From the sequence record NC_042084.1: DNA of 44,829 nucleotides. The stretch is one strand, 5' to 3'. Source of the DNA: Escherichia phage VB_EcoS-Golestan. The notes under the pieces were generated by a model. The model saw nothing but the letters and a program-made list of their open reading frames with translations. It did not search any database and had not been told where the DNA came from. The position numbers and the translations under genes were made by a program. Positions 1 through 8,004 of the stretch are shown here, piece after piece (position 1 is the stretch's first letter; every line of letters starts with the position of its first letter).

Positions 1-27
1 ACGGAGCCGCAAGGCGCGTTTCTCGGT

Positions 28-1251
28 ATGCATTGCAAGTTTCCGGCATTCGTAGCTGGCTTCGGTACGGGTAAATCCGAAGTTATGTGCAACTCTGCAC
101 TACTCGACAGCATGGAAGGTGGTAGCGATTCTATCATCGCCATGTATGAGCCGACCTATGACCTGGTGCGCCTCATCCTTGCACCGCGTATGGAAGAAAA
201 GCTCACCGACTGGGGTATCCGGTACAAATACAACAAGTCTGACAACATAATCTATACGTCTTCCGGACAATTTGGGGATTTTGTTCTGCGTACACTTGAT
301 AATCCAGCAAGAATCGTTGGCTACGAATCGTTTCGTGCGAAAATCGACGAGTTGGACACCCTTAACATGGAGCACGCCGAGCACGCGTGGAACAAAGTCA
401 TCGCCCGTAACCGCCAGTTGCCGCGGACATATAAACCTATTACACCGAAACCTGCTAATACCGTTTCCGTGTTCACTACCCCGGAAGGATTCCGTTTCGT
501 ACATGACCGCTGGGTAGTCAAAAAGAATCCAGGCTACGAGATGATTCAGGCGTCCACCCTGTCTAACCCGTTCCTGCCAGAAGATTATGTGCAGTCGTTA
601 CGCGACACATACCCAGGTCAGTTGATTGACGCCTACATCGACGGCAAGTTCGTAAACCTCACGTCCGGAACGGTATACTATGCTTACGACCGCAGGAAAA
701 ACAGCAGTCGCGAAACAATCAATCCCGGCGAGACTCTGTATATTGGGCAGGACTTTAACGTAGGTCACATGGCGAGCACGGTTTACGTGCAACGCGGTAA
801 GGTCTGGCACGCTGTTGCCGAGTTGGTTGATATGTTCGATACGCCTGACGTAGTGCGGGCCATAACTGAGCGATGGAAAAGTAAGGGCCACTATATCGTT
901 ATGTACCCGGACGCCAGCGGCAAAAACCGTAAAAGCAACAACGCCAGTACCTCAGACATCGCTCAGTTACAGCAGGCCGGTTTCGAAGTACGCGCCAAAT
1001 CAACAAACCCGCCGGTTAAAGACCGCGTATCAGCAATGAACAAGGCGCTTGAATCTGGTATGGTCATGATTAATGAGCAGGCATGCCCGGTTACGGCGCG
1101 ATGCCTTGAGCAACAGGCTTACGACAAGAACGGCGAACCGGATAAATCGGGTGGTGTGGACCACCAGAACGACGGGACCACATATCCTATCGCGTATGAA
1201 ATGCCGATTCGCAAACCAGTTATTAATGTCCCGGTGACTTTCGCACTTTAA
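28..1251 (+). CDS. terL: terminase large subunit (5' end probably wraps to the window end)
   Basis: 407-aa ORF with Walker-A-like GFGTGKSE near the N-terminus. It follows terS across the window junction. The frame is open from nt 1 and in frame with GTG 44809. Confidence 0.85.
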   Translation: MHCKFPAFVAGFGTGKSEVMCNSALLDSMEGGSDSIIAMYEPTYDLVRLILAPRMEEKLTDWGIRYKYNKSDNIIYTSSGQFGDFVLRTLDNPARIVGYESFRAKIDELDTLNMEHAEHAWNKVIARNRQLPRTYKPITPKPANTVSVFTTPEGFRFVHDRWVVKKNPGYEMIQASTLSNPFLPEDYVQSLRDTYPGQLIDAYIDGKFVNLTSGTVYYAYDRRKNSSRETINPGETLYIGQDFNVGHMASTVYVQRGKVWHAVAELVDMFDTPDVVRAITERWKSKGHYIVMYPDASGKNRKSNNASTSDIAQLQQAGFEVRAKSTNPPVKDRVSAMNKALESGMVMINEQACPVTARCLEQQAYDKNGEPDKSGGVDHQNDGTTYPIAYEMPIRKPVINVPVTFAL

Positions 1252-1263
1252 GAGGATTATTCA

Positions 1264-2745
1264 ATGTTAACTATGAACGGTCAGAATCAGGGTGTTAAGA
1301 CAAAACACCGGGAATGGCTGCAGCACTTCAATAAATGGCAGAAGGTTCGCCATGCGCTGGAAGGCGACCTTATTCGCTATCTGCGCAACGTTGGGAAGAA
1401 TGAGCCGGACCCGACCTACGCGGCACAGCGCCAGGAAGAATACGAGAACGGCGCTATCTGTTACAACTTCACCAAGAGAACGCTGGCAGGGATGACGGGG
1501 TCGGTGATGCGTAAAGACCCTGAGCAAATTATCCCGCATGAACTGGAATACCTGTTGCACAACGCTGACGGTTCAGGCGTCGGGCTGTGGCAGCACGCGC
1601 AGGATACGTTAATGGAGATTAACTCGATAGGACGTGGTGGGTTGCTGGTTGACGCCCCGGAGACTGCTGCCGCAACGGCAGCTGAACAGAACGCAGGGTT
1701 ATTAAACCCGGTCATCGCATTCTACACCGCAGAGAACATCATCAACTGGCGACTGACCCGCGTCGGTTCTGTTAACCGTGTGACAATGGTCGTGTTGCGT
1801 GAAGTGTGGGAATACTCAGAACCTGGAGCAGAGTTCGAAACTAAGTTCGGTGAACAGTACCGCGTCCTTGACCTGATTGATGGTCGCTACCGCCAGCGCA
1901 TTTACCGTTTCGACGCCGAGGGCGGCGCTCAGGGCGAAGTAATCGAAATCTTCCCGGAACTCGGCGAACAGTTACGCGGCAAAATCCCGTTCACGTTCAT
2001 TGGTGCAAGCAACAACGATGCAACCATTGACGATGCACCTTTGCTGCCGTTGGCTGAGCTTAATATTGGGCATTTCCGCAACAGTGCAGACAATGAGGAG
2101 TCCAGCTTCGTCGTAGGCCAGCCTACTCTGTTCATCGCCCCCGGTGAGAACATGAGCATGGAACAGTGGAAAGAGGCCAACCCACACGGCGTGCGCATGG
2201 GGTCGCGTTCAGGCCATAACATTGGTTACGGCGGCAATGCGTTTCTGGTTCAGGCAGGAGAGAACAACCTCGCCAAGCAGAACATGCTGGATAAAGAGAA
2301 TCAGGCCATCCAGATTGGTGCGCAGCTTATCACCCCTACCCAGCAAATCACCGCTGAATCGGCACGGCTGCAACGCGGCGCGGATACGTCCGTTATGGCG
2401 ACAATCGCACGTAACGTAAGCATGGCATATACCGATGCGTTGCGCTGGGTGGCTGCGATGCTAGGGTTGCGTGAAGGTACAGAGGTTGAGTTCAAGCTGA
2501 ATATGGAGTTCTTCCTGCAACCAATGACCGCTCAGGACCGCACCCAGTGGATGGCGGATATTAACGCTGGCCTGTTACCGGCTACAGCTTACTATGCGGC
2601 ATTGCGTAAGGCGGGGGTAACTGACTGGACAGACGAGGACATTCAGAACGCTATCGAGGATGCGCCGCTGCCGTTAGGTGCTGTTACTCAGGTGGCGGGG
2701 GAGATTCCGCAGTCGGCGCAGCAACAGGACACCACTCAGCCGTAA
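1264..2745 (+). CDS. portal protein
   Basis: 493-aa ORF directly after terL. SD AAGAGGA lies 7 nt upstream. Size and position fit the terS-terL-portal-MuF order. Confidence 0.75.
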   Translation: MLTMNGQNQGVKTKHREWLQHFNKWQKVRHALEGDLIRYLRNVGKNEPDPTYAAQRQEEYENGAICYNFTKRTLAGMTGSVMRKDPEQIIPHELEYLLHNADGSGVGLWQHAQDTLMEINSIGRGGLLVDAPETAAATAAEQNAGLLNPVIAFYTAENIINWRLTRVGSVNRVTMVVLREVWEYSEPGAEFETKFGEQYRVLDLIDGRYRQRIYRFDAEGGAQGEVIEIFPELGEQLRGKIPFTFIGASNNDATIDDAPLLPLAELNIGHFRNSADNEESSFVVGQPTLFIAPGENMSMEQWKEANPHGVRMGSRSGHNIGYGGNAFLVQAGENNLAKQNMLDKENQAIQIGAQLITPTQQITAESARLQRGADTSVMATIARNVSMAYTDALRWVAAMLGLREGTEVEFKLNMEFFLQPMTAQDRTQWMADINAGLLPATAYYAALRKAGVTDWTDEDIQNAIEDAPLPLGAVTQVAGEIPQSAQQQDTTQP

Positions 2746-2755
2746 GTTCACATAT

Positions 2756-2776
2756 AGCCCCGAAAGGGGCTTTCTT
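2756..2776 (+). terminator. hairpin AGCCCC-GAAA-GGGGCT + TTCTT
   Basis: Read directly. Lies between the portal and MuF-like genes. Confidence 0.5.
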
Positions 2777-2781
2777 ATAGT

Positions 2782-3858
2782 ATGCTATTAACTTTAGTAC
2801 CACAGGGTTTAACTATGAGCTTACTTACATCCCTCATCAGCCATCAGATATGGCTGCAACGCACCGCATCCGGTGAGGTGAAAGACCTCACACCGTTCAT
2901 TCAGGAGATGCGGGATGAAATCAAACGGCAGGTGCTGTTATTCGGCGACGACGGGCGAAGCACTGCGCGGCTGAATAAACTGTTACGGGACCTTGAAGAA
3001 GCACTGACAGGGATTACAGGTGACTGGCAAACAAAGCTGACAGAAGACCTCAAGGAACTGGCGGCATATGAGGCTGAGTGGAACGTAAAGACACTGACCG
3101 CCAACGTAGCTGCGGAATTTGTTACACCTACCGCTGAACAGGTGTGGGCTGCTGCCGAGTTTCAACCGTTATCGTTGAGCGACAAGCCTGTTGACTTCAC
3201 TAAGCTGATGTCAGGTTGGGGTGAAACCGAAGTCGCGCGCCTGGTAACGGGTGTTAAGATGGGCTTTGTTCAGGGTAAGACAACACGGCAGATTGTTACA
3301 GAAGTAGTCGGTAAAGGCGGGCTGGCTGACGTATCAGAGAAATACGCCGCTACCGTAATCCGCACTGCGCTGTCTCACGTGTCCAACGAAGCCCGCAATG
3401 AAACATACCGCCAGAACGACGATATCATCGAGAAGTACGAATGGGTGTCAACGCTGGACAGCCGTACCAGTACGATTTGCAGAGCCAGGGACGGAATGAC
3501 GTGGGAAATCGGTAAAGGTCCGATGCCGCCAGCGCATCCGAATTGTCGAAGCACCACGGCTCCGGTAATCAGTTCAGAGTTCGACTTCCTCGATAAAGGC
3601 GCAAAACGGGCGGCTAAGGGCGCTGACGGCGGCACTCAGGTAAGCGCGGACACAACATATTACGAGTTCCTTAAACAACAACCGGCATGGTTCGTGGATG
3701 AAGCACTCGGGCCGACCCGCGGTAAGATTTTCCGCAACAGCGGTATATCGCCGGAAGAGTTTCGCGTAATATCTGTAGATGGTTTCGGGAATCCGCTCAC
3801 GCTTAAGCAGATGGCGGAACTCGATAAACGTGTTGCTGATTATCTGAAAGGGGGATAA
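2782..3858 (+). CDS. head morphogenesis protein (Mu F / SPP1 gp7-like)
   Basis: 358-aa ORF after the portal gene with the C-terminal motif PPAHPNCRSTT typical of the MuF/gp7 family. The start is ambiguous (ATG 2782 or ATG 2815). Confidence 0.7.
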   Translation: MLLTLVPQGLTMSLLTSLISHQIWLQRTASGEVKDLTPFIQEMRDEIKRQVLLFGDDGRSTARLNKLLRDLEEALTGITGDWQTKLTEDLKELAAYEAEWNVKTLTANVAAEFVTPTAEQVWAAAEFQPLSLSDKPVDFTKLMSGWGETEVARLVTGVKMGFVQGKTTRQIVTEVVGKGGLADVSEKYAATVIRTALSHVSNEARNETYRQNDDIIEKYEWVSTLDSRTSTICRARDGMTWEIGKGPMPPAHPNCRSTTAPVISSEFDFLDKGAKRAAKGADGGTQVSADTTYYEFLKQQPAWFVDEALGPTRGKIFRNSGISPEEFRVISVDGFGNPLTLKQMAELDKRVADYLKGG

Positions 3859-4319
3859 TGATGGGCTTTTTCAAAGTAACTGATGTACCGTCGCGTCGCG
3901 TTGTCCAGTTTGCTCGCGTGTCTGGCTCCGGCGAGAACGTGGTGTCTATTGGGGACGAAAGTGTGCTGGGTACACCAGTAGACGATATGCCGTTTGCGGA
4001 TAAAACCGGTATTGCGCTACCCGCGGCAGGGATGCTTTACGAGATTCCGTATCTGGCGGACGCAGGCGATGTGTATCTCTCTGTACAACCGAAAGACACA
4101 GAACTGACAGACGGCAGCGCGACTATCACTGTCGAAGTTAAGGCCGGTAAAGCACCATACGCGCTGACCTGGTACAAAGACGGTAAGGAAGTGGTAAACG
4201 CCCCTGCAGAGGCTCTGTCTCTGACGGTTAACGCGGTGGGTGAATACTTCGTTAAAGTTACCGATGCCGATGGCGTAGAGGCCTTCAGTAAAGCGGCGAA
4301 GGTTATTAAGCCTGAATGA
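3858..4319 (+). CDS. virion-associated protein with C-terminal Ig-like domain
   Basis: ATG overlaps the upstream TAA. The C-terminal half (ATITVEVKAGKAPYALTWYKDGKEV...GEYFVKVTDADG) has an Ig-like strand pattern. Confidence 0.5.
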   Translation: MMGFFKVTDVPSRRVVQFARVSGSGENVVSIGDESVLGTPVDDMPFADKTGIALPAAGMLYEIPYLADAGDVYLSVQPKDTELTDGSATITVEVKAGKAPYALTWYKDGKEVVNAPAEALSLTVNAVGEYFVKVTDADGVEAFSKAAKVIKPE

Positions 4320-4323
4320 TAAG

Positions 4324-4350
4324 AGGCCCCGAAAGGGGCTTTATTTTTAT
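4324..4350. terminator. hairpin AGGCCCC-GAAA-GGGGCTT + T-run
   Basis: Lies between convergent genes. Confidence 0.6.
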
Positions 4351-4418
4351 ATGAACATCGCGGTGATAACCGCAGCCGATACCCACAAAACAACATAAAA
4401 CATCACACTATTTGTCAT
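4347..4418 (-). CDS. 23-aa hydrophobic micro-protein
   Basis: MTNSVMFYVVLWVSAAVITAMFI. Its ATG overlaps the lipoprotein TGA (ATGA). It is below the ORF-track size cutoff. Confidence 0.3.
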   Translation of the reverse strand: MTNSVMFYVVLWVSAAVITAMFI

Positions 4419-4759
4419 TTGCATTTCTCGTCGTATGTTTGTTGTAACTGCGACAGACGATTACCGGCTGTCATCTCGTCCATAGAAGGCCCAGCGCCTG
4501 TGTCCATAAAGAACAGCGGAACAATCAGGAATGCGCCTGTAACACCGAGTACAACGTTAGTACCTATTTGCTTATTAACACGGTGCGTAGCGTTGGCTTG
4601 AGCTTGTTTTGTCGTGGCGATTCTCGATAGTAACTGATTACATGTTGCCGTTGTATCCCCCGCCTGATAAACCTGTAAAGCTGGGTCTGGCAACGACCTT
4701 ACGCAACCACTCAAACAAACGGCTACAACACCCGCTACTGCTAATTTAATATATTTCAT
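4415..4759 (-). CDS. lipoprotein with internal hydrophobic helix (possible superinfection exclusion)
   Basis: Signal peptide plus lipobox (MKYIKLAVAGVVAVCLSGC). A second hydrophobic segment is VVLGVTGAFLIVPLFFM. It lies on the opposite strand inside the head module. Confidence 0.7.
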   Translation of the reverse strand: MKYIKLAVAGVVAVCLSGCVRSLPDPALQVYQAGDTTATCNQLLSRIATTKQAQANATHRVNKQIGTNVVLGVTGAFLIVPLFFMDTGAGPSMDEMTAGNRLSQLQQTYDEKCK

Positions 4760-4857
4760 AGTTCACCATTACCCGTGTCAATTTCACCAATACCACTACA
4801 AGCCCAAAGAAACATCACCGCATCAACTGCAATTACTACTGAAATAACGACTAACAT
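4756..4857 (-). CDS. 33-aa membrane micro-protein
   Basis: MLVVISVVIAVDAVMFLWACSGIGEIDTGNGEL. SD GAGGAGG lies 5 nt upstream. Its TGA overlaps the lipoprotein ATG (ATGA). Confidence 0.4.
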   Translation of the reverse strand: MLVVISVVIAVDAVMFLWACSGIGEIDTGNGEL

Positions 4858-4884
4858 GACGGCCTCCTCGTTTCGATGTAATGA

Positions 4885-4913
4885 ATAGTACCCTATTATA
4901 TTGGTGTGTGCAA
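4885..4913 (-). promoter_or_regulatory. class I promoter TTGCAC-N17-TACTAT with conserved leader
   Basis: Exact hexamers and 17-nt spacer. The leader reads TCATTACATCGAAACGAG then SD. It drives the lipoprotein cassette. Confidence 0.6.
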
Positions 4914-4979
4914 ACTATTTATTTACGTATTCCAGTTATTCCACTCAATTGTAAATGTTGGAATAAACTATTCGAATAG

Positions 4980-5008
4980 TTGACTTTTCACTAAAAATGT
5001 GCTAAGCT
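4980..5008 (+). promoter_or_regulatory. promoter TTGACT-N17-TAAGCT (leader module 1)
   Basis: Near-identical in sequence and spacing to 37602-37630. Confidence 0.6.
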
Positions 5009-5014
5009 CCACCT

Positions 5015-5212
5015 GAGCTTGTGAAGTATGAACAAGCGACCGCGGCGCGGGCAGGTAACGGAGCGGGACGTAAGGTCCTGAGTGTAGTTACGCTGACGCG
5101 TTCGGAAGGGCCATACTCTATTGCTTGTGTAAAAAGTAACGGGTTTACTGAGATTACGCCGTTTCTATGTTTAAATGATAAGGACTAGCGCCCCGCTTTA
5201 AGGCGGGGCTTT
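5015..5212 (+). ncRNA. putative ~200-nt leader/terminated transcript 1
   Basis: Runs from the predicted start site 7 nt after the -10 to the hairpin at 5190-5209. It shares a 38-nt identical block (5012-5049) and about 150 nt of homology with copy 2. Confidence 0.35.
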
Positions 5213-5218
5213 ACTTAT
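5190..5218 (+). terminator. hairpin GCCCCGC-TTTAAG-GCGGGGC + TTTACTT (end of leader 1)
   Basis: 7-bp GC stem read directly, with a partial U tract. Confidence 0.5.
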
Positions 5219-5233
5219 CGAGAAAGGGGAAAC

Positions 5234-5620
5234 ATGAATCTTAAAGCAACTGTCGTAGCAGGAGCATGTTTCATCATCCTGGCTTACGCCCACGGCATTT
5301 ACCAGTATCGCAGCGGCTGGAGCGAAGGCCGGGCGAATCTCGTTTCGCAGCAACAGCAGAAAGCGCAGGCTGAGTTAGCGAAGAAAACACAACGGCAGCA
5401 GCAGGACGAATCAAAGGCCGCCGCCGCCGACAACGAAGGCAAGACGAAATCAGAGGTGATTACCCGTGAAGTCGTTAAATACATTAAAACGCCAGGTCGC
5501 AGCGTGTGCACTTTTGACCCTGAGCGCGTGCAGCTCAAGTCCCGCGCCGTCGCCAACGCCAATTCCATCCCCGGATACGACGATGATGCAGCCGCCGTGC
5601 AAACTGGCGCAGCCAAGTAG
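5234..5620 (+). CDS. i-spanin (Rz-like)
   Basis: N-terminal TMD (ATVVAGACFIILAYAHGIY), then a Q/A/K-rich coiled region. It contains the +1-frame lipoprotein ORF expected of Rz/Rz1 pairs. Confidence 0.75.
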   Translation: MNLKATVVAGACFIILAYAHGIYQYRSGWSEGRANLVSQQQQKAQAELAKKTQRQQQDESKAAAADNEGKTKSEVITREVVKYIKTPGRSVCTFDPERVQLKSRAVANANSIPGYDDDAAAVQTGAAK

Positions 5621-5729
5621 CGACGCTGATGAGGATTTGGCCGTCGACGTTCAGAATGCTGAATGCGTACGGCAACTGAGACTGAAAGTGTTCATGTTGC
5701 AGGATTACGTGAGGAATATTCTGGAATAG
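5466..5729 (+). CDS. o-spanin (Rz1-like lipoprotein), overlapped architecture
   Basis: GTG start. Lipobox LTLSAC is followed by a Pro-rich segment (SSSPAPSPTPIPSP). It starts inside the i-spanin gene in another frame and extends past its stop. Confidence 0.7.
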   Translation: MKSLNTLKRQVAACALLTLSACSSSPAPSPTPIPSPDTTMMQPPCKLAQPSSDADEDLAVDVQNAECVRQLRLKVFMLQDYVRNILE

Positions 5730-5811
5730 TTGCCTTGCATGTTGGAATAATTTATTCTTGACATGTAAATCCGGGTGGCCCGGATTCCAACGTCCAGGGG
5801 ACATACTGACT

Positions 5812-6513
5812 ATGAATCGTTTTTTACGTTATCCGTTCCAGGAAGAAGCTGGAGCAGAAGATAAAGCTGGTGGCGGTGACGCTCCTAAAATGTTCACCGC
5901 TGAAGAAGTTCAGGCGCTGATTGAGAAAGAAGTTGCCGGGCTTAAGGCCAATCAGGAAGCATTGCTGGCGGAGAAGAAAGAAGCCGCCCGTAAAGCAAAA
6001 GAGGCCGAAGAAGAACGGCAGCGTGCGCACCAGGAGGCGTTAAAGGCCGCCGGTAAGATGGACGAGTTTGAAAAGACGATTCGTAGCCAGTATGACCCGG
6101 TGTTAGCCGAGAAAGATGGCCGCATCTCCAAAATGGCAGAGCGCATCCTCGGCAGCGAACGTAAAGCGGTGCTAGGCTCTTTCGCGGGTGACTTTATTAC
6201 CCCGGAAGCAGTGGACATCCTTGCGCCGTTCGTTAAGACTGAGTTCGAAGGTGATGATGTGGTTACTAAGTTTGTCGGCGCAGACGGTAACGTAATCACG
6301 ACTGACCCGGAACAGTTCCGCAAATACCTGCGTGAACACAAAGCGTTTTCGCATTTGATTAAAGCAAATGCAGCTTCCGGCGGCGGGGCTTCCGGTGGCA
6401 AAGGCGGCGGGGCCGCACCAGCGTTTAAAGACATGAGTGAAGCAGAGCGTTTAGCCCTGTATAAATCGAACCCTGCCGAATTTGAACGGCAACTTAAAGC
6501 CCTGAGGAAATAA
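5812..6513 (+). CDS. scaffolding protein
   Basis: Highly charged, alpha-helical E/K/A-rich protein immediately upstream of the major capsid gene. The ATG at 5812 is preferred over the track start 5758. Confidence 0.65.
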   Translation: MNRFLRYPFQEEAGAEDKAGGGDAPKMFTAEEVQALIEKEVAGLKANQEALLAEKKEAARKAKEAEEERQRAHQEALKAAGKMDEFEKTIRSQYDPVLAEKDGRISKMAERILGSERKAVLGSFAGDFITPEAVDILAPFVKTEFEGDDVVTKFVGADGNVITTDPEQFRKYLREHKAFSHLIKANAASGGGASGGKGGGAAPAFKDMSEAERLALYKSNPAEFERQLKALRK

Positions 6514-6515
6514 TA

Positions 6516-7565
6516 ATGGCAATTACCACTATCGGCGATATCGTAACTGGCAACATCCCGGTCCTGGCGTCTTATATGACCGAGGACCCGGTAGAAAAAA
6601 CCGCGTTCTTCCAGTCTGGTATTCTCACCCCGACCCCATACGCCGCCGAGATTGCCCGCGGCCCGTCCAACGTCGCTAATATTCCTTTCTGGAAAGCGAT
6701 TGATACCTCTATCGAGCCGAACTACTCGAACGACGTATACCAGGACATCGCCACCCCGCGTAACGTGCAGACCGGCGAGATGATGGCGCGCGTTGCGTAC
6801 CTGAACGAAGGTTTCGGTCAGGCGGATTTGACCGTTGAACTGACCAGCCAGAACCCGCTGCAATCCGTAGCGTCACGTCTGGATAACTTCTGGCAGCGTC
6901 AGGCACAACGCCGTCTGATTGCTACCGCGCTCGGGCTGTACAATGACAACGTAGCCGCTACCGACGCATACCACGAGCAGAAGGACATGGTAATCGACGT
7001 GTCTGCTACTCTGGGCTTCGATGCGGGCGCGTTCATCGACGCTACCCAGACTATGGGCGATGCTCTGATGGGCAACGGCGGTGAAGTGCTGGGGGCTATC
7101 GCGATGCATAGCTTCGTTTATGCGCAGGCACGTAAGCAGCAGCTTATCGACTTCATCCGTGACGCGGACAACAACACCATGTTCGCCACCTACCAGGGCT
7201 ACCGCGTGATTGTTGACGACAGCATGACCGTAGTCGGCACTGGCCCGACCCGTAAGTTCATCTCCATCATCTTCGGCAACGGCGCTATCGGTTACGGTGA
7301 AGGTTCTCCGTCCAACCCGCTGGAATACGAGCGCGAAGCGTCCCGCGGCAACGGCGGCGGCGTTGAAACCCTGTGGACCCGTAAGACCTGGTTGCTACAT
7401 CCGTTTGGTTACAGCTTCACCAGTGCAGTAATCACTGGCAACGGCACCGAGACTACCCCGCGCTCTGCTTCCTGGCAGGACCTGGCGAACGCCTCCAACT
7501 GGAACCGTGTGGTTGAGCGTAAGCATGTACCGATTGCCTTCCTGGTAACTGGTGTCGGTGCCTAA
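6516..7565 (+). CDS. major capsid protein
   Basis: 349-aa ORF after the scaffold gene, followed by a strong intrinsic terminator. Position and size fit a major capsid protein. Confidence 0.8.
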   Translation: MAITTIGDIVTGNIPVLASYMTEDPVEKTAFFQSGILTPTPYAAEIARGPSNVANIPFWKAIDTSIEPNYSNDVYQDIATPRNVQTGEMMARVAYLNEGFGQADLTVELTSQNPLQSVASRLDNFWQRQAQRRLIATALGLYNDNVAATDAYHEQKDMVIDVSATLGFDAGAFIDATQTMGDALMGNGGEVLGAIAMHSFVYAQARKQQLIDFIRDADNNTMFATYQGYRVIVDDSMTVVGTGPTRKFISIIFGNGAIGYGEGSPSNPLEYEREASRGNGGGVETLWTRKTWLLHPFGYSFTSAVITGNGTETTPRSASWQDLANASNWNRVVERKHVPIAFLVTGVGA

Positions 7566-7580
7566 GGTTAAGCTATAATC

Positions 7581-7609
7581 GAGAGGGACTTCGGTCCCTC
7601 TTTTCATTT
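7581..7609 (+). terminator. intrinsic terminator after the capsid gene
   Basis: GAGGGAC-TTCG-GTCCCTC followed by TTTTCATTT. Confidence 0.7.
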
Positions 7610-7626
7610 ACTAAGAGGATTCCTAA

Positions 7627-7968
7627 ATGGCAGACGTATTGAAGCGACGCATCACCGGCGTCTCCGCTGACGCCCCGGGGGCCAAGATTGACATGGAGAC
7701 TATTTCTCCTGCGTCTTTCTCTACGGCACTTAACGCTACTACTGCAGTAACCGCAGGTGAAACTATGACGCTGACAGTCGTAGTAGCTGGCGGTCTTGAG
7801 CCATATTCTTACCAGTGGTATAAGAATAACAACGCTATCGCCGGGGCAAACGCTGCTACCTACGCTAAAGCGTCAACCACTACCGCCGATTCCGGCACGT
7901 ATAAAGTGGTTGTTCACGATGTGTATGGTAATATTATCTCCAGCAGCACCGCAGCAACTGTGTCTTAA
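7627..7968 (+). CDS. Ig-like domain protein (candidate head decoration)
   Basis: C-terminal Ig-like pattern YSYQWYKNNNAIAGANAATY...DSGTYKVVVHDVYGN, directly after the capsid gene. Confidence 0.55.
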   Translation: MADVLKRRITGVSADAPGAKIDMETISPASFSTALNATTAVTAGETMTLTVVVAGGLEPYSYQWYKNNNAIAGANAATYAKASTTTADSGTYKVVVHDVYGNIISSSTAATVS

Positions 7969-7972
7969 TACA

Positions 7973-7990
7973 ACGGCCCTTCGGGGCCGT
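7973..7990 (+). terminator. hairpin ACGGCCC-TTCG-GGGCCGT (no U tract)
   Basis: A stability element or weak terminator after the Ig-like gene. Confidence 0.3.
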
Positions 7991-8004
7991 AATAAGGAAA
8001 GGTC

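Noticed and set aside
5029-5079. Shared short ORF MNKRPRR... (arginine-rich, N-like) in both leader copies
   Set aside because: A 1-nt indel directly after the identical 38-mer puts the two copies in different frames, and the downstream residues are unrelated. Conservation therefore acts at the nucleotide or RNA level, not on a peptide. The SD is also weak.
5758-5763. Consensus TTGACA upstream of the scaffold gene as a sigma-70 promoter
   Set aside because: No acceptable -10 lies 16-18 nt downstream (CGGATT). It is kept only as part of the GGAATA motif observation.
5952-6863. 303-aa ORF on the minus strand
   Set aside because: It is fully antisense to the scaffold and capsid genes. Its composition is R/A/S/G-rich, typical of a shadow frame, and it has no SD. 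The same reasoning applies to 10525-11175, 15432-16019, 16749-17204, 22365-22940 and 30530-30982, and to the plus-strand ORFs at 34741-37249 opposite the primase-helicase gene.
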